Positions 56,164-64,000 of a DNA stretch of 64,000 nt are shown here, piece by piece. The DNA is from a virus. Each line of letters starts with the position of its first letter. Position 1 is the stretch's first letter. A model generated the notes under the pieces. That model had not been told where the DNA came from. It saw only the letters and a program-made list of their open reading frames with translations, and searched no databases. The position numbers and the translations under genes are program-made. The DNA is taken from the IMG/VR virus record IMGVR_UViG_3300048586_000179, positions 5,146-69,145 of that record. The stretch is one strand, 5' to 3'.

Positions 56164-57867
56164 ATGCAGAACCGCTACCTTCCCCTCGCGGCGCGCAAGC
56201 GCCGCCATGCTGGCGGCGGTGGCGGCGGCACCCCGCCGTCAGCCTTCTCCTTCAGAAAAGCGTTTATCCAGAACAACATCTTCAACAGCGGAGGTGGCTT
56301 CGTCGAGTTCAGGGGTGGGGTTGGACCCTATACCTGCGACACCACGATCGGGTCCGGCGTCACTGCTGGCGTTCCCCAGGCGGACCCGATTTTTTCCTGG
56401 GTAGGGCATGGTTCAGCTGCCACCCCGGTCATCACAGCGACATTCTCCGACAGCCTTGGGGCAAGCTTCGTCATTGTCATCGATTACACCCCGATCCTTG
56501 GCGCGAGTGACAGCCGGCCAGTATACCCCAATACACCGCCGGGGCCGCCGGTCGTCAGTGGCCCTGCCGTCCTGACGGTGAATGGTGACGCGATCGATTA
56601 TGACTGGGCCTTCTGGTCTGGCACGCATCCGTTGACCGTAACCCAGCGTCTCTTCGTGGATGGTGTGGATACGGACGGCTTCCGGCTGTCCTACCCCATG
56701 CAGGAAAGCTGGCGCGGCAAGCCCATCCAGATCCGCGAGACGGCGACCAATGCCGACGGCGGACCGGTGGAGGCCCTGTCGAACATCGTCACCGGCCCGG
56801 CCGCGCCGCTTGCGCCGCCCGTAAGCACGGCAAACCCCGACCTCGATCTTTCCCCGGACGAAAACACCCTGCTCTACACGCCGGGCACCTGGACCGGGAA
56901 CCCCACCCCCACGATCACCGCGCGCCTCTTTGTGCAGGGTGTCGATACCGCCGCCGCAGCGCCCTCTATGCCGGTTGATCCGGCGTGGCGCGGCAAGGAG
57001 TGTGGCATCCGCGAAGAGGCCAACAACGCCGCTGGCGGGCCTGTCTACGCCCTCTCCGCAGAGGTGCTGGTCCCTGACCTGCCTCCCGCCGACCCGGAAG
57101 CTGATCTGATCGCTTTCCTGAATGGGCGTGTTGCCTACGGGCTGGATGCGACTGACCGTTCGACCATGTTTCAGGACGACCTCGGCACGGTCCCGGTTAC
57201 TGCCGACGGTCAGGCTGTCGGGCGAATTGTCACGAAATTCAAGCCTGCCACGCCGGTTGTTCAGGATTTCGCCAATGGGACGCAGGCCAGTAAGCCCCTC
57301 GCTGGCCCCGGATATGTTGCTGGTGACGGTATCGATGATTTCCTGAACTACAACCAAGGTGGAACTGGGGTTTTCCCGATATTCCAGGGCCTCGATGGTT
57401 TTGTGGCGAGTATCTGCATCACGCCGATCGTGCCTCTAGGGACAGAGGCGTATTTCACGGCCGGTTTCGGCGGCACCCTTGCAAACTTCCGCCTACGTAT
57501 TCAAGGACTGGCCGATGGGCGCGCCCAGTTCTCATGCCAGGAGCAGCAAAACGGAGCTCCAGTAAGCGCCACCACGGCGGCTGCCGTCTTTGTTGCTGGA
57601 ACCCCTGTCGTTCTTACCATGGCGGTCGACCATGACGCCAAGGTGATGAAGGGGTATGCGAATGGGGTCGAGGTGGTCTCCCTGAATTTGCCGCTGACCA
57701 TTTCGCCGTTCAACTATGACATCAACCGACTGCGGTTGATGCAGCTCCACGGGAACACCGTCTCTGCGCCCTCAAATGCACAGATCCATCGAATGCTGTT
57801 CCTGCACGACAAGGCCGACCTGGCCGGTATTGCCAAGATCGAGGCTTGGGTTGGGGAGTTCGCATGA
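56164..57867 (+). CDS. receptor-binding-like protein (Ig-like repeats + LamG/ConA-like domain)
   Basis: Two W.G.P...ATN..G repeats; D.STMFQD..GT.PVTADGQ, DGIDD, C-terminal beta-sandwich. Confidence 0.65.
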   Translation: MQNRYLPLAARKRRHAGGGGGGTPPSAFSFRKAFIQNNIFNSGGGFVEFRGGVGPYTCDTTIGSGVTAGVPQADPIFSWVGHGSAATPVITATFSDSLGASFVIVIDYTPILGASDSRPVYPNTPPGPPVVSGPAVLTVNGDAIDYDWAFWSGTHPLTVTQRLFVDGVDTDGFRLSYPMQESWRGKPIQIRETATNADGGPVEALSNIVTGPAAPLAPPVSTANPDLDLSPDENTLLYTPGTWTGNPTPTITARLFVQGVDTAAAAPSMPVDPAWRGKECGIREEANNAAGGPVYALSAEVLVPDLPPADPEADLIAFLNGRVAYGLDATDRSTMFQDDLGTVPVTADGQAVGRIVTKFKPATPVVQDFANGTQASKPLAGPGYVAGDGIDDFLNYNQGGTGVFPIFQGLDGFVASICITPIVPLGTEAYFTAGFGGTLANFRLRIQGLADGRAQFSCQEQQNGAPVSATTAAAVFVAGTPVVLTMAVDHDAKVMKGYANGVEVVSLNLPLTISPFNYDINRLRLMQLHGNTVSAPSNAQIHRMLFLHDKADLAGIAKIEAWVGEFA

Positions 57868-58172
57868 TGGGGTTCTCGGCAATCATTCCGGCCGCCGAGG
57901 CTGAAGCGGCCAACGTCGCGCTGGAGGCTCAAGGCTTCGGTCCCTGGAACTTCTCCGTTCCTCTCTGGCGTGGAACGGCCCCCGATCCCGATAGCTACGG
58001 ACTGAACGTGGGTGGGGACCACGACGATTTTCGCGCGGCCATCGCTGCCCTCCCCAGCGTCTCGATCCAGGACGCGGCCCGGGGCATGGTTGGCTTCGAC
58101 GAGCATGTGGCGGCCGAGGGCCTATCCCGCGAGCCCTACGCCCAGCCGGAGCAGCATGATGGATCCACGTAG
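57864..58172 (+). CDS. hypothetical tail-associated protein
   Basis: Coupled to upstream gene. Confidence 0.55.
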   Translation: MMGFSAIIPAAEAEAANVALEAQGFGPWNFSVPLWRGTAPDPDSYGLNVGGDHDDFRAAIAALPSVSIQDAARGMVGFDEHVAAEGLSREPYAQPEQHDGST

Positions 58173-58479
58173 CGCCGCATGGTTCGTGATGGCGCTCCTG
58201 CTCCTGCTGAGCGTCCTGATGATGTTCCACCTGATGACGATCTGGGTTGGGGTCATCGTGTGCCGGGACTACGCCGAAGCCGTCATCGATCCGGCAGTCA
58301 CCGTGGCCGGAGCGGAAGGGATCGCCTCCACTTGCGGAAAGCTGGAAACGGACCTCTCTGAGGCTGTCGACAAGTACCTTTCGGTCATCCTCTCCCTGAT
58401 CGGTGGCGCTGCCGTCTCCGGTAGCTATGCAAGTGCCGTTGCCCCCATCCCACCCAACCGAAAGGATGAAGAACCATGA
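58156..58479 (+). CDS. putative holin/membrane lysis protein
   Basis: Two hydrophobic helices, directly upstream of endolysin. Confidence 0.55.
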   Translation: MMDPRSAAWFVMALLLLLSVLMMFHLMTIWVGVIVCRDYAEAVIDPAVTVAGAEGIASTCGKLETDLSEAVDKYLSVILSLIGGAAVSGSYASAVAPIPPNRKDEEP

Positions 58480-58973
58480 CGACCACGGGACATGACCTCC
58501 TCCTGAACCTCGCCGCCTGGGCCGAGACGCAGGGCTTCGATCCGGACAAGGACTATATCGCCCCCGAGGGCGAGGGTGACGAGCCGGAACCGGAGCCGAC
58601 CCCGCTGCCGCCGGAGCTGCCGCCCGGCTTCCTCTCGAAGAACTTCCGCGAGAGCGAATTCACCTGCCGCCACTGCGGCGGGATGCACCCAAATGGCATG
58701 GACCCCAAGCTGATCGACGCACTGCAGCGCATCCGCGACCACTACGGGGTGCCGGTCACCATCAACTCGGGCTATCGCTGCCCGACGCACAACGCGAATG
58801 TTGGTGGCGCGCGGAACTCCCAGCACCTGAACGGGACCGCCGCCGACTTCGTCGTCCGCGGCGTCAGCCCGGCGCAGGTCTACCGGGACCTTGACCCGCT
58901 CTGGCCGGGTGGCCTGGGGCGCTACAACAACTTCACCCACATCGACACCCGGCCCAACCGGGCGCGCTGGTAG
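58476..58973 (+). CDS. endolysin, peptidase M15A family
   Basis: NF...EF.C, INSGYRC..HN..VGG..NSQH..G.AAD, FTHIDTR. Confidence 0.9.
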   Translation: MTTTGHDLLLNLAAWAETQGFDPDKDYIAPEGEGDEPEPEPTPLPPELPPGFLSKNFRESEFTCRHCGGMHPNGMDPKLIDALQRIRDHYGVPVTINSGYRCPTHNANVGGARNSQHLNGTAADFVVRGVSPAQVYRDLDPLWPGGLGRYNNFTHIDTRPNRARW

Positions 58974-58983
58974 ACGCTCACCT

Positions 58984-59011
58984 GCTAACCACAACGCCCG
59001 TTGTGGTTAGC
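58984..59011. terminator. perfect 12-bp inverted repeat after endolysin
   Basis: GCTAACCACAAC-GCCC-GTTGTGGTTAGC. Confidence 0.5.
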
Positions 59012-59046
59012 GAAACCCTCTTTCGCGCACCACAAAGGAGACGCCC

Positions 59047-59211
59047 ATGTCCAAGAAGCCTGCTTCCGCCAACCAGAAGGCCCGGGCGCTCCGCGCCGAG
59101 GGCAAGTCCCCCGACAGCGCCCGCCGCATCGCCAACGCCCAGCGCAAGCCCGGTCAGCACTCCGTCCAGGCGGTGCGCCGGAACAGCTCGAAGCCGGACG
59201 CGATCAAGTAA
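59047..59211 (+). CDS. small basic protein
   Basis: 54 aa, AAGGAG RBS, ALRAEGKS..SARRIANA. Confidence 0.6.
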   Translation: MSKKPASANQKARALRAEGKSPDSARRIANAQRKPGQHSVQAVRRNSSKPDAIK

Positions 59212-59614
59212 GACCGCCGCTCTTGAAGATCCGCAGGAGCGCTTCGCGCTCCTTCAGGAACTGCGCGCGGGTCGTGATGATGAAGGCGTCGTCACCCTCG
59301 CCCAGCTGCCGGTAGATCGTGCCTTTGAGGATCCCGGCGATGACCTCCGGGGGCGCAGCCGGCGGCTTCGCCGCCGCAGGCGGCGCAGCGAGCGGCGCAG
59401 CGGGCCGGGCTTCCGGCTGACGCGCGACCGGCTCCGGGACCCGGTAGCCACAGGCCACCAGGAGGCCCCTGACCTCGTTCTGCGGCACCTGGTAGCGCAG
59501 CGCGATCGCGTTCAGGCTCTCGAGCGAGACGACCATGCCGGTGTCGAGCTGGCTCGCGTCCCGCATGATCAGCTTCCGCTTCGTGCTCGTAATCGACCGG
59601 TCAGCCACCTGCAT
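59204..59614 (-). CDS. hypothetical protein
   Basis: Last gene of leftward operon. Confidence 0.6.
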   Translation of the reverse strand: MQVADRSITSTKRKLIMRDASQLDTGMVVSLESLNAIALRYQVPQNEVRGLLVACGYRVPEPVARQPEARPAAPLAAPPAAAKPPAAPPEVIAGILKGTIYRQLGEGDDAFIITTRAQFLKEREALLRIFKSGGLT

Positions 59615-59846
59615 CCCGCGCCTCCCGCTCGATCTTGTCGGCGTGCCGGTCCAGCTCTCGACTGAGGTAGCGCAGCTCCTGGACCGACAGGTCTGCCGCG
59701 CGCAGCCCGTCCATGATGGTGAAGGCCGAGTGGGTCGGGCCGATGGCCTTGATCGCTTCAGGGATTGCCAGTTCCAGGTCGGCCGCAGCCATTGCCTGCC
59801 TGTGCGTCATAGGGACAAGCCGGTTGGGATGGGGCTCGCTATCCAT
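59601..59846 (-). CDS. hypothetical protein
   Basis: Overlapping operon gene. Confidence 0.55.
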   Translation of the reverse strand: MDSEPHPNRLVPMTHRQAMAAADLELAIPEAIKAIGPTHSAFTIMDGLRAADLSVQELRYLSRELDRHADKIEREARDAGG

Positions 59847-60220
59847 GCGGCGATCCTTTCATGGTGCTTTTCCTTTCTGTGCTTGTCGAACATGTGCATG
59901 ACGACCCCCCGCTCGCTCCCGCACTTCTTCAGGCAGATCGGGCAGCGCCAGGTGGCGGGCAACGGCTGCCCGGGGGTGAGGGGTTCGTGCGGTGCGGGTG
60001 TCGTGGCCCAGAGGTGGTAGAGGGTGGCGATGTCGAAGTTGGCGACGGAGGTCATCGGGAGGCCGTCTGCGTCGTATGGTATCCGACCTCCCTCGATCTT
60101 CGGCAGCACGGCACCGAACCCGCGATAAGTCAGGTCTCCACCCCAGTCGCCATAATCCATGATGACCTTCCAGAAGGGCTTGGTCAGGTCGGCCTGCGCC
60201 GCGAAGTCATGGACGGTCAT
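59807..60220 (-). CDS. protein with C2H2-type zinc finger
   Basis: CPIC...HMFDKH. Confidence 0.6.
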   Translation of the reverse strand: MTVHDFAAQADLTKPFWKVIMDYGDWGGDLTYRGFGAVLPKIEGGRIPYDADGLPMTSVANFDIATLYHLWATTPAPHEPLTPGQPLPATWRCPICLKKCGSERGVVMHMFDKHRKEKHHERIAAWIASPIPTGLSL

Positions 60221-60582
60221 TCCGCGCCCTCGATGTAGGACAGGACCATCGCGAAGTAGGCGTTGCGGCAGGCCAGCATGGCACCGGAGCAGGTCACCGT
60301 CTCCTTGGTGCCCTGGGGCCAGACAGCCTCCCAGCCACCCTTGTGGAGCCGCCGCACCTCGCAGGTGAAGCCGAGGCCTGTGCCGACATAGCGGTGCTCC
60401 GGGTCGATCTCACGCCAGGAGAGAGGCTTGACCTTCACGGGTCTGGCGTGAAGCTCCGCCAGGCGATTTGCGGCGCGCAGCATGTAGTCCTTGGCCTGCT
60501 CGGTGACAGGGGTGTCAGAGGAGCGGTCCATGCACCCCAGTTGCTTGAGGCCTGCGATCAGGTCCTCGTCGTCCTTGGTCAT
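60217..60582 (-). CDS. hypothetical protein
   Basis: ATGA overlaps; VKPLSW motif. Confidence 0.6.
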   Translation of the reverse strand: MTKDDEDLIAGLKQLGCMDRSSDTPVTEQAKDYMLRAANRLAELHARPVKVKPLSWREIDPEHRYVGTGLGFTCEVRRLHKGGWEAVWPQGTKETVTCSGAMLACRNAYFAMVLSYIEGAE

Positions 60583-60794
60583 GGTCTCAGTGCCTTCCGT
60601 AGTCCAATGGGGTCGATATCCAGCATCCGGCACATGGCGTTGAAGGCGTCCCTGCCGGTCTGCCCGCCGAAATATTCCTCCTCGGCCCAAGCCAGGAATG
60701 ACCCAGCCACCAGAAGGTCATCGGCGAAGGCCGACCGGTCATAGGCCGCCGTCCGACCGCTCTTGGTGATGTAGCGATCAGCGACCTGTGTCAT
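60579..60794 (-). CDS. hypothetical protein
   Basis: Operon gene. Confidence 0.55.
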   Translation of the reverse strand: MTQVADRYITKSGRTAAYDRSAFADDLLVAGSFLAWAEEEYFGGQTGRDAFNAMCRMLDIDPIGLRKALRP

Positions 60795-61026
60795 TCGGTG
60801 TCTCCCCCAGGACGAAGCGCGTCTCCTCCATCAAGAGGCCCGCATGGTAAGCCCCCATATCCACCGGGGTGTGGCCGCAAGACATCGGGTGTGAGTGCTC
60901 ATCCATGCTGTCCCCGCAGCAGCACACGCCGGCAGTGACGGAGCAATTCTCGATGACCCCTACCCAGCGGTTGAGCAAAGTTCGGAGCGTCTTGATCCTG
61001 GCCTCTGCTCGCTCAAGCTCTGTCAT
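60778..61026 (-). CDS. hypothetical Cys/His-cluster protein
   Basis: GVCCCGDSMDEH...GH. Confidence 0.6.
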   Translation of the reverse strand: MTELERAEARIKTLRTLLNRWVGVIENCSVTAGVCCCGDSMDEHSHPMSCGHTPVDMGAYHAGLLMEETRFVLGETPNDTGR

Positions 61027-61393
61027 GTCTTGACCCCCTCCACTCCGGTGTGCCGTTAGGGTGCTCGACCGTGCGGAGCCCCTGGACGACCTCGGAGATC
61101 CTGCCGCCATCGACGCCGTGCATCCGACCAATCTCCCGCTCATGCTTGGAGGGGTTGAGGAGCAGGGAGGCCTGAATGTCGCGGACAAGCTGGGAGGTCC
61201 AGGTCACGGACTTGGCTCGCGCTACGCGCTTTCGTTTCGACCGCCGCCAGAGGAGTTCCTTGACGATGTCCTCGATGTGCGCGGCGGGCTTCTCCATGCC
61301 GTTGTCCCGCAGGTAGCTGGCGATATCGAGGAGTTCATCGCGGGCCAGTGGAATGCGCTCCCCGCGATCTGGGTCATAGCGAAGGGCGGTCAT
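61013..61393 (-). CDS. HTH-containing protein
   Basis: REIGRMHGVDGGRISEVVQG. Confidence 0.6.
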   Translation of the reverse strand: MTALRYDPDRGERIPLARDELLDIASYLRDNGMEKPAAHIEDIVKELLWRRSKRKRVARAKSVTWTSQLVRDIQASLLLNPSKHEREIGRMHGVDGGRISEVVQGLRTVEHPNGTPEWRGSRHDRA

Positions 61394-61578
61394 TGGACTG
61401 GCCGCCCATATGTTCCGTCCAGCATCTGGCCGAGCATCGCGTGCACGTCTTCGGCCTCGCTCCGGTTCTGCATGATCCAGCGGCAGACATCAGCAAGACT
61501 GTGGTGTGGGCCGAAGGTGACCCACTCATTCCCATGCTTGTCGACCTTGATCTTTGGCGGTGTCAGCACTTCGCTCAT
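61390..61578 (-). CDS. hypothetical protein
   Basis: Operon gene. Confidence 0.55.
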   Translation of the reverse strand: MSEVLTPPKIKVDKHGNEWVTFGPHHSLADVCRWIMQNRSEAEDVHAMLGQMLDGTYGRPVQ

Positions 61579-61997
61579 GACCAGTTCACCTTCTTTAGGC
61601 GGCTATTGTAGGAGGGGATCGGCATCGCGTAGTCGATGCAGACGAGCTTGCCCCGCAGTATCCCGAAGTTCTCCCGCTTGAAGTCCGTCAGGAAGGACGG
61701 CATCCGCTCGGGCATCTCGTAGTCTGCCGGGACCGGATCGGTCCGCTCTTGCAGCAGGATGCGACCATCGGGAGAGAGATAGCGACAGGGTGCCAGCCAC
61801 TTCATCTCGCCGGTCGAGGCGTCGTTCCACATCTTCATCTCGTGGACGTTGGCGAAGTAGCGGAAGTTGGTGTTGTCCTCGACCTTGACCACCAGCTCGG
61901 GCCGAAGGCGGCAGGTGAATACCTTGCGGTGGATGCCCTCGCCGAGGAGGTCGCCGCAGAGCAGGTTGAAGGCATCCTTGAAGGTCTCGTCGTTCAT
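61575..61997 (-). CDS. minimal protein-kinase-like protein
   Basis: LGEGIHRKVF, VVKVE, N..E, DFKRENFG, IDYA. Confidence 0.65.
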   Translation of the reverse strand: MNDETFKDAFNLLCGDLLGEGIHRKVFTCRLRPELVVKVEDNTNFRYFANVHEMKMWNDASTGEMKWLAPCRYLSPDGRILLQERTDPVPADYEMPERMPSFLTDFKRENFGILRGKLVCIDYAMPIPSYNSRLKKVNWS

Positions 61998-62272
61998 TTT
62001 ACTTCCTCGTAGGTCGCTTGGAAGATATCGTCCTTGCAGGGGTAGAACTCACCCTTCACACCGCGAATGATCCAGTCACCCACCTCGCCTCGCATCACGC
62101 CCTCAAGCGTGTGGATTTCGACATGGCCGACCACCCTCTTGGGGTATCCTGTCGTCTCTAAGTGAAGAACGATCCGGTTCTCGTTGACGCCCTGCCAGAT
62201 TTCATCTGGCCAACCATCGTCCCCGATCCTGTGGGCAGTAATGGTGACGGGTTTCTTGCGATAAAGGGTCAT
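61994..62272 (-). CDS. conserved phage protein
   Basis: YRKKPV...IHTLEG...GDWII.GVKGEFYPCK.DIF.ATYE. Confidence 0.8.
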   Translation of the reverse strand: MTLYRKKPVTITAHRIGDDGWPDEIWQGVNENRIVLHLETTGYPKRVVGHVEIHTLEGVMRGEVGDWIIRGVKGEFYPCKDDIFQATYEEVK

Positions 62273-62544
62273 GTGATCTCCTCGACCATGTGATCAACGG
62301 ACGGTTCGTGCCAGCCGTTGAAGCTGTGATGGACACTTTTTGGGTCGATGATGACGATCAGGAACTTGGCGCTGCGGTCCCGCTCCCACCCGTCTCGGGC
62401 GTCGAAGTCGATCTCGCAGGCGCGCCGGGCTACATCCTCGGCGTTGAGGAACGGAGGCTGCCAGTCCCAGCGGCGCTTGACCTCCCAGGCATCATCGGCG
62501 GTCTCGCCATCTTCGGGGAAGAAGGCTCTCCATGTGTCGGTCAT
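62269..62544 (-). CDS. hypothetical protein
   Basis: Operon gene. Confidence 0.6.
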   Translation of the reverse strand: MTDTWRAFFPEDGETADDAWEVKRRWDWQPPFLNAEDVARRACEIDFDARDGWERDRSAKFLIVIIDPKSVHHSFNGWHEPSVDHMVEEIT

Positions 62545-62741
62545 TGCAGCGCCTCATTGATCCGGGCGACCAAGGCATCCTTGGTCTGGTAGGCAGATTT
62601 ACCGTAGTCCGACGGCACCCATATCGCGGTGCCGCCAGAGGACAGCAGGACGGAAAGCCCTCTCCGATCTTCGATGACCTCGATCTTAATGATCGCTGTC
62701 GGGGCAACCGAGATTTCGGGGGTCAGCATCACAAGCTTCAT
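62541..62741 (-). CDS. hypothetical protein
   Basis: Operon gene. Confidence 0.55.
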   Translation of the reverse strand: MKLVMLTPEISVAPTAIIKIEVIEDRRGLSVLLSSGGTAIWVPSDYGKSAYQTKDALVARINEALQ

Positions 62742-63096
62742 CGTCTCTCTCCGTCAGGGGCCTGCCGCCGCTGGCGCGGCGGCCGTAATGCGGCCGCTGC
62801 AGGTAGGCGGCGGCGTTCCAGAGGATGGCCGGATCACAGCCCCAGCCCTGTTCGAGGGCGTCGCCGCCCCGGACCAGGTCGGCGCGGACCGTCTTCTCGT
62901 CGATCATGACATCCCCCACCTCGACCAGGCGGTGCGATGATGGGCAGATGCGGCGGGTGATCCGGAGCCGCAGGTCGTCAAGCCTCGGTATGACGGTGCC
63001 CCTATCCATCCAGCGGATCAGCAGGTAGGTGGAAATCCCCATGCCAACAGCCCATCCGGCTAAGAACGCGAGGGCACCCTGAATATCCGTTTCCAT
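62686..63096 (-). CDS. membrane-anchored hypothetical protein
   Basis: N-terminal TM helix, GGAGG RBS. Confidence 0.55.
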   Translation of the reverse strand: METDIQGALAFLAGWAVGMGISTYLLIRWMDRGTVIPRLDDLRLRITRRICPSSHRLVEVGDVMIDEKTVRADLVRGGDALEQGWGCDPAILWNAAAYLQRPHYGRRASGGRPLTERDDEACDADPRNLGCPDSDH

Positions 63097-63143
63097 CAGT
63101 CCCTCCCTGGGTGCCTGCCGCCGCTGGCGCGGCGGCAGGGATG

Positions 63144-63305
63144 TCAGGCCTTGGCGCTCAGCCGTATGCCCAGGTAGACACAGCCGACGAGCATGAAGTC
63201 GAACACGACATCGAGCAGGCCGGGCAGGAGGACCTGGACGACCGCGAGCGAGATAGAAAAGACCATCAGGTACTCGCGGGCGTGGGCTTTGATGAACTCC
63301 GGCAT
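63144..63305 (-). CDS. small two-TM membrane protein
   Basis: 53 aa MPEFIKAHAREYLMVFSISLAVV..., coupled to TerB-like stop. Confidence 0.55.
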   Translation of the reverse strand: MPEFIKAHAREYLMVFSISLAVVQVLLPGLLDVVFDFMLVGCVYLGIRLSAKA

Positions 63306-63739
63306 CAGAGGTAGGACGACAGGCTGAACCCGAGGATCTTGCCCAGGGCATCCAGTTCCGCCTTCTCCTTGTCGCCGATGTCGCCGTCTGCCATGGCCAC
63401 GTCGATGACGATCATGTAGGCCATCTCCAGCTCGTCGGACGAGCCTTTGGCCTTCATCTCCTCGACCTCCTTGCGGAGCGCCAGACGGCCCGCCATGCCA
63501 CCCTGGGCGCGCTGGATCTGCTTGTTGACGCAGGTCTCGATCTGGCTGCCGGTGAAGGCCGCCGACAGAGCTTCGTGGTTCATCAGCGCGTTCAGCACCG
63601 CCTCCACCTCGCTCTCGTCGATCTTGCCATCCACCGAGGCCACGCGGGCCGCAGCGGCCGCAATGCCTTCGAGGAGGTCGGTCTTGCCGGACAGTTTCTT
63701 GGCACCACCGCCTAGCCGCTCTTTCAGTTTTCCGAACAT
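63305..63739 (-). CDS. TerB-family protein
   Basis: ASVDGKIDESE and AMADGDIGDKEK paired motifs. Confidence 0.8.
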   Translation of the reverse strand: MFGKLKERLGGGAKKLSGKTDLLEGIAAAAARVASVDGKIDESEVEAVLNALMNHEALSAAFTGSQIETCVNKQIQRAQGGMAGRLALRKEVEEMKAKGSSDELEMAYMIVIDVAMADGDIGDKEKAELDALGKILGFSLSSYL

Positions 63740-63782
63740 GTCAGTCTCCCGGTTCGTTCAGGCGGGAACCGCCGCCCACGGA

Positions 63783-63995
63783 TCAGTTGCTGGCTTGCGC
63801 CCCGATAAAGACGCCCACCAGCATGGACACGAAGCTGATCAGAAGGGTCAGGGCGGGCCAGTACTGATGTAGCCACGCCTTCTCCTCCACCCCTTTCAGG
63901 AAGCCCTGACGGTGGCCGCGCTGGTAGGCGTCGGTGAAGATCGCCTGCAGCGCGCTCTCGGCCTCCGCGCTCAGTTGCCCCACCGTCTTATCCAT
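63783..63995 (-). CDS. small membrane protein
   Basis: C-terminal TM helix. Confidence 0.55.
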   Translation of the reverse strand: MDKTVGQLSAEAESALQAIFTDAYQRGHRQGFLKGVEEKAWLHQYWPALTLLISFVSMLVGVFIGAQASN

Positions 63996-64000
63996 TGTCC

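Noticed and set aside
51211-57867. Diversity-generating retroelement or invertible fibre cassette
   Set aside because: No reverse transcriptase, invertase or near-identical TR/VR pair seen
58014-58022. GGGGACCAC core match
   Set aside because: Inside a + strand CDS, lacks the TCC arm, terminator and RBS context; probably chance

Overview
Most of a high-GC, apparently lytic tailed phage genome with a podovirus-like virion (tail-tubular/adaptor proteins and large internal ejection proteins, no tape measure). No integrase, DNA polymerase, tRNA or CRISPR was seen in the window. An alphaproteobacterial-type host is only an inference. Layout: 1-4.1 kb replication genes (SNF2 helicase, SSB-like); 4.1-17.8 kb an array of leftward cassettes, each built as [terminator hairpin + U-tract]-[G(G/T)GGTCCCC-ATA-GG(G)A motif]-[AGGAGA RBS]-gene, with 28 motif copies here and 2 more as a divergent pair at 21.5 kb, three cassettes holding structured non-coding RNAs rather than ORFs; 18.3-20.8 kb Prim-Pol and D5/P4 helicase followed by ori-like palindromes; 22-59 kb packaging, ejection, head, tail and lysis genes; 59-64 kb small leftward accessory genes. 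The main finding is a 2761-aa virion polyvalent protein with an embedded compact T7-type RNA polymerase (all catalytic motifs visible), a JAB-like domain and an LPD38-like C-terminus. It is the obvious candidate reader of the 30 T7-like promoter motifs. All family names are from motif recognition by eye, not database searches.
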